DNA of 64,000 bases. Origin: Candidatus Latescibacterota bacterium. Its GTDB lineage: Bacteria > Latescibacterota > UBA2968 > UBA8231. The stretch's first letter is position 1, and each line of letters opens with the position of its first letter. Shown in pieces: positions 17,336 through 26,867 of this stretch. Location of the stretch: the NCBI GenBank assembly GCA_965203175.1, contig OZ241867.1, positions 3,680,001 to 3,744,000 of the forward strand, written 5' to 3'. Below the pieces are notes generated by a model, which searched no databases, was not told where the DNA came from, and saw only the letters and a list, made by a program, of their open reading frames with translations. A program made the translations under genes and the position numbers.

Positions 17336-19804
17336 TTATTTTCTTTCGGCGATTTTGCAGACCCAGATGCTGATTTCGTAGAGCAGGAGCAGGGGCAGGG
17401 CCATGAGGAGCTGGGAGACTGGGTCGGGCGGCGTGAAGATCGCGCCGAGGACGAAGATGCCGATGATGGCATAGCGGCGGATACGGCGCATCCGCGCGGC
17501 AGTTAGCACCCCGACCTTGGCCAAAAAAAGCGACAGCACGGGCATCTCAAAGACGATGCCAAAACCGGCGATCAGCCGCAGCACAAAGCCGATGTACTCG
17601 TCGGCCGCCCATTGCGAGGTCATGTCGGGCGGTTCTAGCGCGAGGAAAAAGCGCAACCCGAGCGGGAGGACGATGTAATAGGCGATCAGCGCGCCAATCG
17701 AGAAGCAGAGGACGCTCAGCGAGATGATGGGCAGCGTGAGCCGTTTCTCGCGCTGCAAAAGCCCTGGGGCGACAAAGCGCCAGGCTTGGTAGAAGATGAC
17801 CGGCAGCGCCAACAGCAGCCCGCCGACAAAGGCGATTTGCAGGCTGATGAAGAAGTAAGTCATGGGTCGGAGGGCTTGCAGGCGGCGCGCTGGGGGCAGG
17901 TCGGGGATGGGCGCGTCCGGTTCGGGCGCAGCATCGGGTTGGTCCAACCACTGGCTCACTAGTTTTTTGACCGCCAGCACCACGCCCGAGGATTGCTGGC
18001 TCTCCAAGCTGAGGACGGCCTCTTCGTACGGACGGGTCAAGATCTGCATAATCGAGTCGGAGAAGGCGAAGCAAATTACCGCGCCCACGACGAGCGCGGC
18101 TAGGGCCTTGAGAATGCGCCAGCGGAGTTCTTCGAGATGGTCGAGAAAGGGCATGTTGGCTTCTCGGGGTGAGTCTGGGGCGTGGGAGGCTTCTATGTCG
18201 TGATCAACTTCTGGATCATGGTCAGCTTCTATGTCGTGATGAGTTTCCGGTTCGTGGTCGGCAGCCGCTGGCTCGCGGGCGGGTCGCGGTTTGCGGAAAC
18301 GGGCGACAAAAGCGATCAAGACGATCAGCAGGCAGTTCCAGGCGAAGAGGTCGCCGTGCCGAGTGTAAAAGGTCGTGGGTTGGCCGACTGGCACGGTGGC
18401 AACTGCGACTGCGGGCGTGAAGAGATCGGTCGCCTCGTAGGTGCGGCCAAATGGGTCGATAAACAGGGAAATGCCGGTGGTGGCGGAGCGGGCTATGGCT
18501 GTGCGGTTTTCAACGGCGCGCATGGCGTTGATGAGTGCGTGTTGATAGGGGCCCGCGCTGCGGCCAAACCACGAGTCATTGGTGATGTTGACCAACACGC
18601 GCGCCCCAGCCGCCACGTGCTGGCGCACCAGATCGGGAAAGATGGACTCAAAGCAGATGAGCACGGCAAAGGGATGCCGGGGATGGGCAAAAACCGCGTG
18701 CTCTGTGCCGCGCGCGAATTCCGCTGGGCCTAGGTCGCCGGTCAGGCGGGTCCAGTCGATGTCGCGCAGCAGGGGGATGGCGTCGCGGTAGGGCGTCCGC
18801 TCGCCAAAGGGCACCAAGTGCATCTTGGCGTACGAGGGCAGGGTGGTGGCCCCGGGTTGGACGAAGAAGGCCGCGTTGTAGTTCGCGTGCGGCGCGCCGG
18901 TCAGCAAGGGGATGCCCAGCTCCTCGACGAGCGCTTGGATGTGGCCCTGGCAACTGGCCCGGCGCACGGGATCGCACGGCACGGCAGTCTCGGGCCAAAC
19001 CAACAGCTCGGGATTGCGCTTGGCTGCTTGGCGCGAGAGGGTGGCAAGAGCTGAGAAAGTGCGCTCCAGCCCGTTGGGACCCCATTTATCGACGTACGTA
19101 GTGTTCGGTTGGATCAGACCGATGCGCAGGCTCTCGGTCGGGACGGCGGTCGCCATAGCGCTCTGAGCGTGGACCCAAGGCAAGAGATAGCCCAAGGCAA
19201 CGCCCGCGAGAAAGACGCGCCGCTCGACGAGCGCCAAGTACAATAACGCGTTGAGGCCGACGACCCAGCAGGAGACGCCAAAGACGCCGGTCCAGGTGGC
19301 GTACTGGATGAAGTGGGGCAGGGCCGCTTGGCTGTGCCCCAGCAAGAGCCAGGGAAAACCCAACTCCCCGAGCGAGAGCAGATATTCCTGACCGGTCCAC
19401 AACAAAGGCAGCAGTGCGAGTGCCTTCGCGCCCCACCGCGCGGCGAGCACGTTGAACAGCCCGGTACAGAGACCGGTAAAAAGGCCCAAATAAGCGGCCA
19501 TTAGCCCGGTACCTGCGACGACGGCGGGCCCGCCGCCTTGAGTATAGGCCACCCAGTACAGGGATAGCAGATTCCAGACCAAGCCGCTGATCCAGCCCGC
19601 GGCAAAGCCGGCTTTGAAGCCGCGGCCTTTTAGCGCGAGCAGCAAAGGCACCAGCGCACAATGGGCCCAGAGCGGATGAAAGAGAAAGGCGAGGGGGTGA
19701 TCGGGGTGGCTGGGAAAGGCCAGCGAGAGCAAGGCCCCGCTCAGTGCGGCCAGCAGCAGGCGGTAAAGCGGGGTTAGGACCAGAACAAAGCGCGGGTTAG
19801 ACAT
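17336..19804 (-). CDS. lnt-tatC: Apolipoprotein N-acyltransferase (Lnt) fused in frame to twin-arginine translocase subunit TatC
   Basis: Residues 1-~505 are Lnt (GFPW..LGHSQ, WPETA, KMHLVPFGE, ICFESIFP, NITNDSWFG, MRAVENR, TFYTRHGD). From Met551 the sequence is TatC (MPFLDHLEELRWR, WRFVAPGLLQREK, FEMP, TPPDPVSQ, LLYEIS). No stop between them. Confidence 0.9.
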   Translation of the reverse strand: MSNPRFVLVLTPLYRLLLAALSGALLSLAFPSHPDHPLAFLFHPLWAHCALVPLLLALKGRGFKAGFAAGWISGLVWNLLSLYWVAYTQGGGPAVVAGTGLMAAYLGLFTGLCTGLFNVLAARWGAKALALLPLLWTGQEYLLSLGELGFPWLLLGHSQAALPHFIQYATWTGVFGVSCWVVGLNALLYLALVERRVFLAGVALGYLLPWVHAQSAMATAVPTESLRIGLIQPNTTYVDKWGPNGLERTFSALATLSRQAAKRNPELLVWPETAVPCDPVRRASCQGHIQALVEELGIPLLTGAPHANYNAAFFVQPGATTLPSYAKMHLVPFGERTPYRDAIPLLRDIDWTRLTGDLGPAEFARGTEHAVFAHPRHPFAVLICFESIFPDLVRQHVAAGARVLVNITNDSWFGRSAGPYQHALINAMRAVENRTAIARSATTGISLFIDPFGRTYEATDLFTPAVAVATVPVGQPTTFYTRHGDLFAWNCLLIVLIAFVARFRKPRPAREPAAADHEPETHHDIEADHDPEVDHDIEASHAPDSPREANMPFLDHLEELRWRILKALAALVVGAVICFAFSDSIMQILTRPYEEAVLSLESQQSSGVVLAVKKLVSQWLDQPDAAPEPDAPIPDLPPARRLQALRPMTYFFISLQIAFVGGLLLALPVIFYQAWRFVAPGLLQREKRLTLPIISLSVLCFSIGALIAYYIVLPLGLRFFLALEPPDMTSQWAADEYIGFVLRLIAGFGIVFEMPVLSLFLAKVGVLTAARMRRIRRYAIIGIFVLGAIFTPPDPVSQLLMALPLLLLYEISIWVCKIAERK
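18189..18260. repeat. Two 36-bp tandem repeats in the Lnt-TatC linker
   Basis: GCTTCTATGTCGTGAT starts at both 18189 and 18225; encodes DHEPETHHDIEA and DHDPEVDHDIEA. Confidence 0.8.
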
Positions 19805-19976
19805 CGGCAGTGGGGGGTAATGCGCAAAAATATAGGAGGGGGATCGGGGCGGAGCAAGGTGCTGGCACAGATTGTGCTTATACGTCGGTTGCGTCTAGTA
19901 CCCACAGACTCGTGGGAGCTGGGCGCTACATTCGCGTGGTTTTTTTGCTACAGCTTTGCTCAAGGAGGAACGCGCC

Positions 19977-20696
19977 GTGCCAACGCAAACTCAGCCCATT
20001 GACTACGACTTTGCCGCCCGCACTGTGGGCGAGGGGCCGCCCGTCCATCGCGGCGAACTGCCACGAGAGCGGCTCGCGCGCCTGGGGCCGCAGGCGCTCA
20101 AAGACCAAGAGCTGTTGGCCGTGGCCTTGGGGACGGGGTATCGCGGCCGACACGTGATGGACTTGGCCGAGAGCATCCTCGCTGATTATCCAAAGGAATC
20201 GCTGGTGGACATGGACTTAGGGCAATTGAGCCGGATTAAGGGACTGGGCAAGGCCAAGGCCGGGGTCTTGGTCGCGGCGTTTGAACTGGCGCGCCGCGGG
20301 TTGCACAAGGGCTTGGGGGTGCGGCCGGTGATTAGTGCGCCCGGCGACGCGCTGTCCATGCTGTCCGACATCAAGGATCAGCAGCGCGAGCACTTTCTCT
20401 GCTTGTATCTCAACGCCCGCAATCAGGTGATCCACAAGGAGGTCGTGTCCATCGGCAGTCTATCTTCGGCCATCGTGCATCCGCGCGAGGTCTTTCGCAC
20501 GGCTGTAGCGCAGGCTGCGGCCAGCGTGATCTTGGCGCACAACCATCCCTCCGGCGACGTGTCGCCCAGCCAAGACGACATCAACTTGACGCGGCGCTTG
20601 GTGCAGGCCGGCGAAATTATGGGCATTGACGTACTCGACCATCTCATCATCGGCAGCGATGATTTTATCAGCTTGAAGGAGCGCGGATTGATATGA
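19977..20696 (+). CDS. radC: RadC/UPF0758 JAB-domain protein
   Basis: PRERL, ELLA, GLGKAKA, VHPREVF, AHNHPSGD...SQDD, DVLDHLII. AAGGAGG RBS before GTG. Confidence 0.93.
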   Translation: MPTQTQPIDYDFAARTVGEGPPVHRGELPRERLARLGPQALKDQELLAVALGTGYRGRHVMDLAESILADYPKESLVDMDLGQLSRIKGLGKAKAGVLVAAFELARRGLHKGLGVRPVISAPGDALSMLSDIKDQQREHFLCLYLNARNQVIHKEVVSIGSLSSAIVHPREVFRTAVAQAAASVILAHNHPSGDVSPSQDDINLTRRLVQAGEIMGIDVLDHLIIGSDDFISLKERGLI

Positions 20697-20773
20697 AGAA
20701 AGAAAATTGTATTTGCCCGGCAAAAGCCTATATTACTGACAAACGCAGCAATTTATACAAGGGTACGCGAGCG

Positions 20774-21472
20774 ATGAAAGACGAAGAAAGTCATCTAATT
20801 CCAGTGTACATTTTCGACATGTACCCCTATCCAGACTCGGAACAGGGTTTGGGCATGCCGCAGAAGTTCTTGGTTTTGCTCAAGGGCACGGAAAACAGCG
20901 TGGTGCCCATCACGATCGGCCACTTCGAGGGCCAAGCCCTCGCCATGGCCCTGCGCAAAATCGCCTTGCCGCGACCCCTGCCGCACGATCTGTTGTGCAA
21001 CCTGCTCAAGCGAATCGACGCCGTGGTCCACAAGCTGGTGGTCCACACCCTCAAAGAGGATGTTTTCCACGCGTACCTGCTGGTCCAAGCCCAAGGCCAG
21101 TCCTTTTACCTCGACTGCCGCCCGAGCGACGGTATGATCGTGGCCACGCTCTTGGGCGTGCCGCTCTTTTTGACCCCAGAGGTCATGGAGGCGGCTGGCC
21201 AACCGCTGGAGCACTCCGACGAGCGCGAAGGGGCTAGCAGCGAACAAGCTGCTGCGCCCGAGGTGGTCCAGGATGCGCCCGCAGAGGACAAAGCGGCTGA
21301 GTGCGAAAGTGCCGCGAATAAGCCGGAGGCGTTCGTGGATCCGCAGACGGGCGAGCCGATAAGCCAGTTGGAACAGCTCAAGGCGCACTTGGACTGGCTC
21401 ATCGCCTGCGAGGCCTACGAGCAGGCAGCCAAGGTCCGCGACCGCATCAGCGAGCTAGAGTCCGACAGCTGA
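20774..21472 (+). CDS. Bifunctional nuclease (DUF151) with C-terminal UVR domain
   Basis: PITIGHFEGQA, PRPLPHDL, DCRPSDG; C-terminal AYEQAAKVRDRI (UvrB/C motif). Confidence 0.85.
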   Translation: MKDEESHLIPVYIFDMYPYPDSEQGLGMPQKFLVLLKGTENSVVPITIGHFEGQALAMALRKIALPRPLPHDLLCNLLKRIDAVVHKLVVHTLKEDVFHAYLLVQAQGQSFYLDCRPSDGMIVATLLGVPLFLTPEVMEAAGQPLEHSDEREGASSEQAAAPEVVQDAPAEDKAAECESAANKPEAFVDPQTGEPISQLEQLKAHLDWLIACEAYEQAAKVRDRISELESDS

Positions 21473-21498
21473 GGTCATTCTCGCTGCGCCGCGCTTAG

Positions 21499-21538
21499 AC
21501 GCTCTTGTACGGCTGTTGTCGTGCAGGGGCGTTTTTTT
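21499..21538 (+). terminator. Intrinsic terminator after radC-DUF151
   Basis: Stem ACGCTCTTGTACGGC / GTCGTGCAGGGGCGT (several G-U pairs, so plus-strand specific) followed by a T run. Confidence 0.7.
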
Positions 21539-21545
21539 GTGCGCG

Positions 21546-23429
21546 CTAGGTGGCGGATCGAGTGCGGGCGTGCAAGAAGACCATGAGCGAAGCGAGGTCC
21601 GCGGGCGAGACTCCGGAAATGCGCGAAGCCTGTCCTAGGGTCTGCGGGCGGATGGTCTCGAGCTTTTGGCGCGCCTCAGTTGAAATGTTCAGTCCGGGAG
21701 CGGCGAAGTCAAAATCGGTCGGCAGGCGCAGGGATTCGAGGCGCTTGAGCTTTTGCGCTTGGGTTTCTTGGCGCTTGATGTACCCCGCGTATTTGATCTC
21801 GGCCTCGACGTGTTCGGCCGCGTCTGGGGACAGGGGCTGTGGAGGCGGGGCGAATTCGCAGAGGTGGTCGTAGTTGAGTTGGGGGCGGCGCAGCAACTCG
21901 GCGAGCGAGGTCGATTCGGCAATGGGAGCAGTGCCCTGCCGCGTCAAGACCTCTTGCACTTTTTCAGTCGGTTTGACGCGCTCGTGTTGTAGGCGTTCGC
22001 GCTCGGCACCCACCTGTTGCTGCTTGGTTTGAAACTGGTGCCACAGGTCGTCGCCGATCAATCCCAGGGCCCGGCCCTTGGCCATCAAACGGTCGTCGGC
22101 GTTGTCCTCGCGCAAGAGCAGGCGGTGCTCGGCGCGCGAGGTGAAGATGCGGTACGGCTCTAGCGTGCCTTTGGTCACGAGGTCGTCGATTAGCACGCCG
22201 ATGTAGGCGTCGGCGCGCGTGAGCACGAGCGGGTCGTCGCCGCGCGCCTTGAGTACGGCGTTGATACCGGCCATAATCCCTTGGGCCGCGGCTTCTTCAT
22301 AGCCAGTGGTGCCGTTGATCTGGCCGGCGAAGAAGAGATTGGCCACGCGCTTGGTCTCTAAGTGGGGGTAGAGTTGGGTCGGCGGGGCGTAATCGTATTC
22401 GACTGCGTACGCCGGGCGCAGGATCTCGGCTCGTTCGAGGCCGGGCAGGGAGCGCACGATCTGGGGCTGCAGGGTCTCCGGCAGGCTCATCGACAGGCCG
22501 TTGAGATAAAATTCGAGAGTGCGCCGCCCCTCTGGCTCGACGAAAACTTGGTGTCGTTCCTTGTCGGCAAAGCGCGCGATTTTGTCCTCTATGGAGGGAC
22601 AGTAGCGCGGGCCGATGCCCTCGATGCGCCCACTGTACATGGCCGAGTGCGCTAGGTTGTCTTGGACGAGCTCGTGGGTGTGGGCGTTGGTGTAGGTGAT
22701 CCAGCAGGGCATTTGCGGCTGGATGATCTTTTGCACCGCATAGGAAAAGGGGCGCGGCGGGTCGTCGCCGGGCTGTTCTTCGAACGCGGCAAAGTCGAGG
22801 GTGCGGCCATTGACGCGCGGTGGGGTGCCAGTCTTGAGCCGGCCGGTTTCAAAGCCGAGCGCGACCAAGCCCTCGGCGGCCTTTTCAGCGGCAGTCTCGC
22901 CGGCGCGGCCTGCGCTATAGGAGAAATCGCCGACGTGAATTTTGCCGCGCAGGAAGGTGCCGGTCGTGAGGATGACGGTGCGGCTGCGGTAGGCGATGCC
23001 GCCCTTGACGCCGATGCCTTGGACGGTTCCGTCCTCGATTAGCAAGCTCTCCATCAGGCCCTGGCGGATGTCGAGATGTTCTTGCTGTTCGCAGGTGTAC
23101 TTCAGTTCGAATTGGTAGTCCTTTTTGTCGGCTTGGGCTCGCGAGGCGCGCACGGCTGGGCCGCGCGAGGTGTTGAGGCGGCGGAATTGGATGCCGGTGC
23201 GGTCGATGTTGACGGCCATCTGGCCGCCGAGCGCGTCGATTTCCTTGACGATGTGCCCCTTGCCGATCCCGCCGATAGCCGGGTTGCAGGATAGCTGGCC
23301 AATGGTATCCAAGTTCATGGTCAGGAGCAGGGTCTCGGCTCCCATGCGCGCCGCGGCGAGCGCGGCCTCGGTGCCGGCGTGGCCGCCGCCGACGACGATG
23401 ACTTGGTACGCTTTGTCGTAGAAAATCAC
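21546..23429 (-). CDS. mnmG: tRNA uridine-5-carboxymethylaminomethyl(34) synthesis enzyme MnmG (GidA)
   Basis: [67 protein letters not shown]. Confidence 0.97.
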   Translation of the reverse strand: MIFYDKAYQVIVVGGGHAGTEAALAAARMGAETLLLTMNLDTIGQLSCNPAIGGIGKGHIVKEIDALGGQMAVNIDRTGIQFRRLNTSRGPAVRASRAQADKKDYQFELKYTCEQQEHLDIRQGLMESLLIEDGTVQGIGVKGGIAYRSRTVILTTGTFLRGKIHVGDFSYSAGRAGETAAEKAAEGLVALGFETGRLKTGTPPRVNGRTLDFAAFEEQPGDDPPRPFSYAVQKIIQPQMPCWITYTNAHTHELVQDNLAHSAMYSGRIEGIGPRYCPSIEDKIARFADKERHQVFVEPEGRRTLEFYLNGLSMSLPETLQPQIVRSLPGLERAEILRPAYAVEYDYAPPTQLYPHLETKRVANLFFAGQINGTTGYEEAAAQGIMAGINAVLKARGDDPLVLTRADAYIGVLIDDLVTKGTLEPYRIFTSRAEHRLLLREDNADDRLMAKGRALGLIGDDLWHQFQTKQQQVGAERERLQHERVKPTEKVQEVLTRQGTAPIAESTSLAELLRRPQLNYDHLCEFAPPPQPLSPDAAEHVEAEIKYAGYIKRQETQAQKLKRLESLRLPTDFDFAAPGLNISTEARQKLETIRPQTLGQASRISGVSPADLASLMVFLHARTRSAT

Positions 23430-23707
23430 GATCGTTTATACTCGGCGAGGATGCGGTCGCCTTCCTCTTCGGTTTCGCGCAAGAGCGTTTGTAGCACGTC
23501 TTCGGGCGTGCCGGCGCGCTCTTGCTTTGCGGACCAGTGCCACTGATCCAAATAGGCGTCGGTGCCCACCTGTCCCTCCTGCATGGCGATGCGGTCGATC
23601 GCGAGTTGGAAGCGGCCGGGCAGGGTGTGCGAACTCGGTCGGCGGCCGGCAAAGAGCTTGATTTGCACGGGAATGTCGCGCCAGTAGAGGATCTGGTATT
23701 GAATCAT
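23426..23707 (-). CDS. Small 'virulence factor' domain protein (family found beside MTHFR/methyltransferase genes)
   Basis: [10 protein letters not shown]...[14 protein letters not shown]...DAYLDQW pattern. 4-nt overlaps with both neighbours. Confidence 0.8.
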   Translation of the reverse strand: MIQYQILYWRDIPVQIKLFAGRRPSSHTLPGRFQLAIDRIAMQEGQVGTDAYLDQWHWSAKQERAGTPEDVLQTLLRETEEEGDRILAEYKRS

Positions 23708-24693
23708 GGGTTGAGTGCTCGGCGAAAGGCGCGGATGTGATCCGGCGTGGTGCCGCAGCAGCCGCCGATGATCTGGATGCCAGCGGCTGCTAAGTTTGGG
23801 ATAAACGCGGCCATTTCCTCGGGACTTTGCGAGTAGATGGTACGGAGGGCGCTGTTGAGCTGCGGCATACCGGCATTGGGATAGATCATCAGCTTCTTGT
23901 CGAGGCCGCGCTCCTGCATGGCGGCCTTAAACTGCTCAACGCCGTGGAGGGCGTATGGCATGCCGGTGTGCTCGCTGCGCCGGGTTTCAGCGCCGCAGTT
24001 GACCCCGACGAGGTGGACATAGTCGAGGAGATTGTCGCCGCCGGAGTATTGGCCCGAGGCGAGTACGTCCAAAAGGTCGGCGACCGAGTGACCCCAATCG
24101 GTGCGATAGACGACCTGCTTGCTTTTGCGGTCCTGCGTGTATTTGAGCGCGAGGTTGACGGCAATGGGCAGGCCGGTCTGGCGGGCGATGTCGCAGACCA
24201 TGGCCGCTTCGACGGCTGAAAACTGGGTCTCAATGGAGAAAAAATCGACTCCGCCTTCGCAGAGCGCGTCGATGATGCGCTGATGCGCGGCGCGAACCTT
24301 GTCGTTGGCAATGCCGAAATCCGTACTACCCGCGTCGGCCTCGATGGCCCCGGGGGAGGGGCCGATGGAGCCGGCGATGAAGACATCGCGCTCGCTGCGA
24401 TCCCGGGCGCGCTGTGCCAACTCGGCCCCGCGCCGGGCCAGCGCACCGGCTTGGGTCGGGTCTTTGTCGGCCATGGCGAGGTGCAGCTCAGAGGCGACAA
24501 AGGTGTTGGTGCCAATGCAGTCGGCACCTGCGGCAATGTATTCGGCGTGGATATCGACGACCTCCTCTGGATAGCTTTCGTTGGCAAGGGTGGAGTTGGT
24601 CAGTTCGATTTGGCGGGCGAAAAGCTCGGAGCCAAAACCGCCGTCGTATAAGAGAGGGCGCGGGTCGTCAAGGCGCTGGAGGAAAAGGGACAC
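23704..24693 (-). CDS. Standalone homocysteine S-methyltransferase (Hcy-binding module of a split methionine synthase)
   Basis: LYDGGFGSEL, HAEYIAAGAD..TNTF, AGSIGP, GVNC, YPNAG, IIGGCCGTTPDHI (Zn-binding Cys). Probable GTG start at 24693. Confidence 0.9.
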   Translation of the reverse strand: MSLFLQRLDDPRPLLYDGGFGSELFARQIELTNSTLANESYPEEVVDIHAEYIAAGADCIGTNTFVASELHLAMADKDPTQAGALARRGAELAQRARDRSERDVFIAGSIGPSPGAIEADAGSTDFGIANDKVRAAHQRIIDALCEGGVDFFSIETQFSAVEAAMVCDIARQTGLPIAVNLALKYTQDRKSKQVVYRTDWGHSVADLLDVLASGQYSGGDNLLDYVHLVGVNCGAETRRSEHTGMPYALHGVEQFKAAMQERGLDKKLMIYPNAGMPQLNSALRTIYSQSPEEMAAFIPNLAAAGIQIIGGCCGTTPDHIRAFRRALNP

Positions 24694-24707
24694 AGATTGG
24701 TCTCCGT

Positions 24708-25625
24708 CTAAGATAGGGTGTCGGCGCGGGAGGCGTTGAACAGCCATTCGAGCAAGCGTTGGCCAAAGTCCGGCGCAAAGTGCGGTACGTGCGTGCCTTG
24801 CTCTATGGTCCACAGCTCGATGGTGACGTCGTTGCGGCAGCCCGTGCGGTAGCGAGTGCGGACGGTCTCGGAGCCGTCGAGTTTTTGGTCGAGGTCGAGT
24901 GGGGGGAGGGTTTCTGGATCGGTGAGGTCGCAGCGTGCGAGTGCAGCCCAGCGCAGCGCGACTTCTTCTGCGCCTGCGTACTCATTTTCACCCGTGCTGC
25001 CGTCGTAGGCTACGACCTTGTCGTTTGTGCCGTGGATTTGTAGCACCGAGACTGGGGATGCGAAGGCACAACGGGAGGGGTCGCTAAAGGAAGTGCCAGC
25101 GAGGCTGGCAATGGCGACTAGGCCCGGGATGCCTTCGCAGGCGAGTCGGTAGGACATGAAGCCGCCGTTGGAGTGCCCGAGGGCGAAGATGCGCTCTACG
25201 GCGATGTGCGTGGCGGCCTCTTCGAGTAGTCCGGAAAGGTATTTCACGTCATCGACTTGGGTGTTGTGGAGATCGCAGCAGAAGTCCGTGGCGTTCCAGA
25301 AGCGCTTGCCATCGGGGTCGCGCGTGCCGTTGGCCATGATGAGGGCGAAGCGATCAGCATTCACCCGCTTCGAAAGACCAAAATAGCGGTCGTGTTGGGC
25401 CAAGTGGCTGGTGAAGCCGTGCAGGCTGAGTACGAGCGGAATGGGCGTCTCGGGGTCGTGATCGGCTGGGAGGACCAAGAAAGCCGGGCGTTGATCGCCC
25501 AACGTGTGGACGATGTGATCCTTGCTCAGGTCGGCGACCGGTTCGGTATGGGATATTTCTTCGCCGCAGGCGATGAAGGTCAACGACAGCAGAGCAGCAA
25601 AGGTACAGATTTTGTTGTTCCGCAT
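24708..25625 (-). CDS. Alpha/beta hydrolase lipoprotein (PHB depolymerase/LpqC-like esterase)
   Basis: Lipobox FIAC, PLVLSLHG, WNATDFCC, nucleophile GHSNGG, HGTND, catalytic His GTH. GAAAGGAGG RBS. Confidence 0.85.
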   Translation of the reverse strand: MRNNKICTFAALLSLTFIACGEEISHTEPVADLSKDHIVHTLGDQRPAFLVLPADHDPETPIPLVLSLHGFTSHLAQHDRYFGLSKRVNADRFALIMANGTRDPDGKRFWNATDFCCDLHNTQVDDVKYLSGLLEEAATHIAVERIFALGHSNGGFMSYRLACEGIPGLVAIASLAGTSFSDPSRCAFASPVSVLQIHGTNDKVVAYDGSTGENEYAGAEEVALRWAALARCDLTDPETLPPLDLDQKLDGSETVRTRYRTGCRNDVTIELWTIEQGTHVPHFAPDFGQRLLEWLFNASRADTLS

Positions 25626-25728
25626 ATTGACCCTCCTTTCTGTTCGCGATCTACAGGCCGACGGCAACAAAGTCCGCCCTGAGCTTCAGTTTTTAATCTA
25701 CGGGATAAGGCCAATAATAACCAATGCG

Positions 25729-26757
25729 CTAGGCAGCGAGTTCGCCTTTGCGATAGGCGCGCAGGAAGGAGGCGCAGTACTCGTCTCGGCCTAGCAACAT
25801 ATCCTCAGCTAGCTGGTAGGGACGGGCTTGGCGGTCGAGGGCAAAGATGTCGGCTAGGGAGGTGGTAGTCGGGTCCATGATCGCGCTGTCGGCACCGGCT
25901 TCGACGGCCAGCAGCAAGAAGACATCGTTGATCAAGTGGCGGCAGGGCAGGCCGAAGGAGACATTGGAGAAGCCACCGGTGATATGGACGTCGGCCCCTA
26001 ATTCGCCGCGCAGTTGGCGGATGGCGTCAAAAGCGTGGTGGCCGAATTGTGCATCAACCGAGATGGGGAAGATCAGGGGGTCGATGTAGAGGTCAGAAAG
26101 CGGCAGGTCCAATGCCTGTGCCTTATCGACCATTTGCCGAGCGTGGTCAATTCGTTCCTCGGCGCTTTGCGGCATGCCGGACTCGCCCGCCGAGGTGATG
26201 ATGACTTGGGCGTTGTACTGTTTGGCCAGCTTTAGGGCTTCGGGCCGCTCTAAAGACGCGGAGTTGAGCAGTAGGCGCTGGGGGTGGTCGGCCCCGGCTT
26301 CAAGGCCGACGGCGAGGGTGTCTAGCTGGGAGGAGTCGATGGCCAGCGCCGTCTGCGATATGGCCGATACCGCCTGTACCAACCAGCGCATGGCCTCTTG
26401 CCGCTCTGCGGGCTTGAGGGATATCTCATCGACATTGAGGTCGAGGAAATCGGTGCCAGCCGCTTCTTGGCGCTGTACTTGGCGACGGAGGTAGTCGAGG
26501 GCATCTGTGTTGCCGAGCATGGCTTGTTGCACGGCGATTTTGAGGTGTTTGACGCGGCCTTCCTCGTAGTCTTGGGTTGTTTTGACTGACTCGGGAATCT
26601 GGAGGAAGCGGCGCTTGTTATTGGAGTCGCGGAAGCGCACCGATTCGACGCCTTGGGGGTCTGGGCCGATGAGCTTGCCTTTGCGCAAGACGACGCGGGT
26701 AGTGTGGATGTTTTCGCCGATGACGAAGAAGGGACGGTCCGTACCGGGGATGTTCAT
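25729..26757 (-). CDS. Pterin-binding methyltetrahydrofolate:corrinoid methyltransferase (AcsE/MetH folate-module-like)
   Basis: VIGENIHTTR, LDLNV, AIDSS, LLNS, YIDPL, GGFSNVSFGLP, DSAIMDP. Confidence 0.88.
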   Translation of the reverse strand: MNIPGTDRPFFVIGENIHTTRVVLRKGKLIGPDPQGVESVRFRDSNNKRRFLQIPESVKTTQDYEEGRVKHLKIAVQQAMLGNTDALDYLRRQVQRQEAAGTDFLDLNVDEISLKPAERQEAMRWLVQAVSAISQTALAIDSSQLDTLAVGLEAGADHPQRLLLNSASLERPEALKLAKQYNAQVIITSAGESGMPQSAEERIDHARQMVDKAQALDLPLSDLYIDPLIFPISVDAQFGHHAFDAIRQLRGELGADVHITGGFSNVSFGLPCRHLINDVFLLLAVEAGADSAIMDPTTTSLADIFALDRQARPYQLAEDMLLGRDEYCASFLRAYRKGELAA

Positions 26758-26867
26758 TGGTCTGCTCCAATTTATTTCGGGGTGTAAGTTACTTCGAGTT
26801 TGATACCGTCAGGGTCGGAGAAGAAAGTCGCATAGTATCCCTCTCCGTACTCTGGACAATGTTTACC

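Noticed and set aside
19977-21472. radC as a marker of a mobile element
   Set aside because: It is the full-length chromosomal type with the N-terminal HhH region. No integrase, transposase or att sites are nearby.
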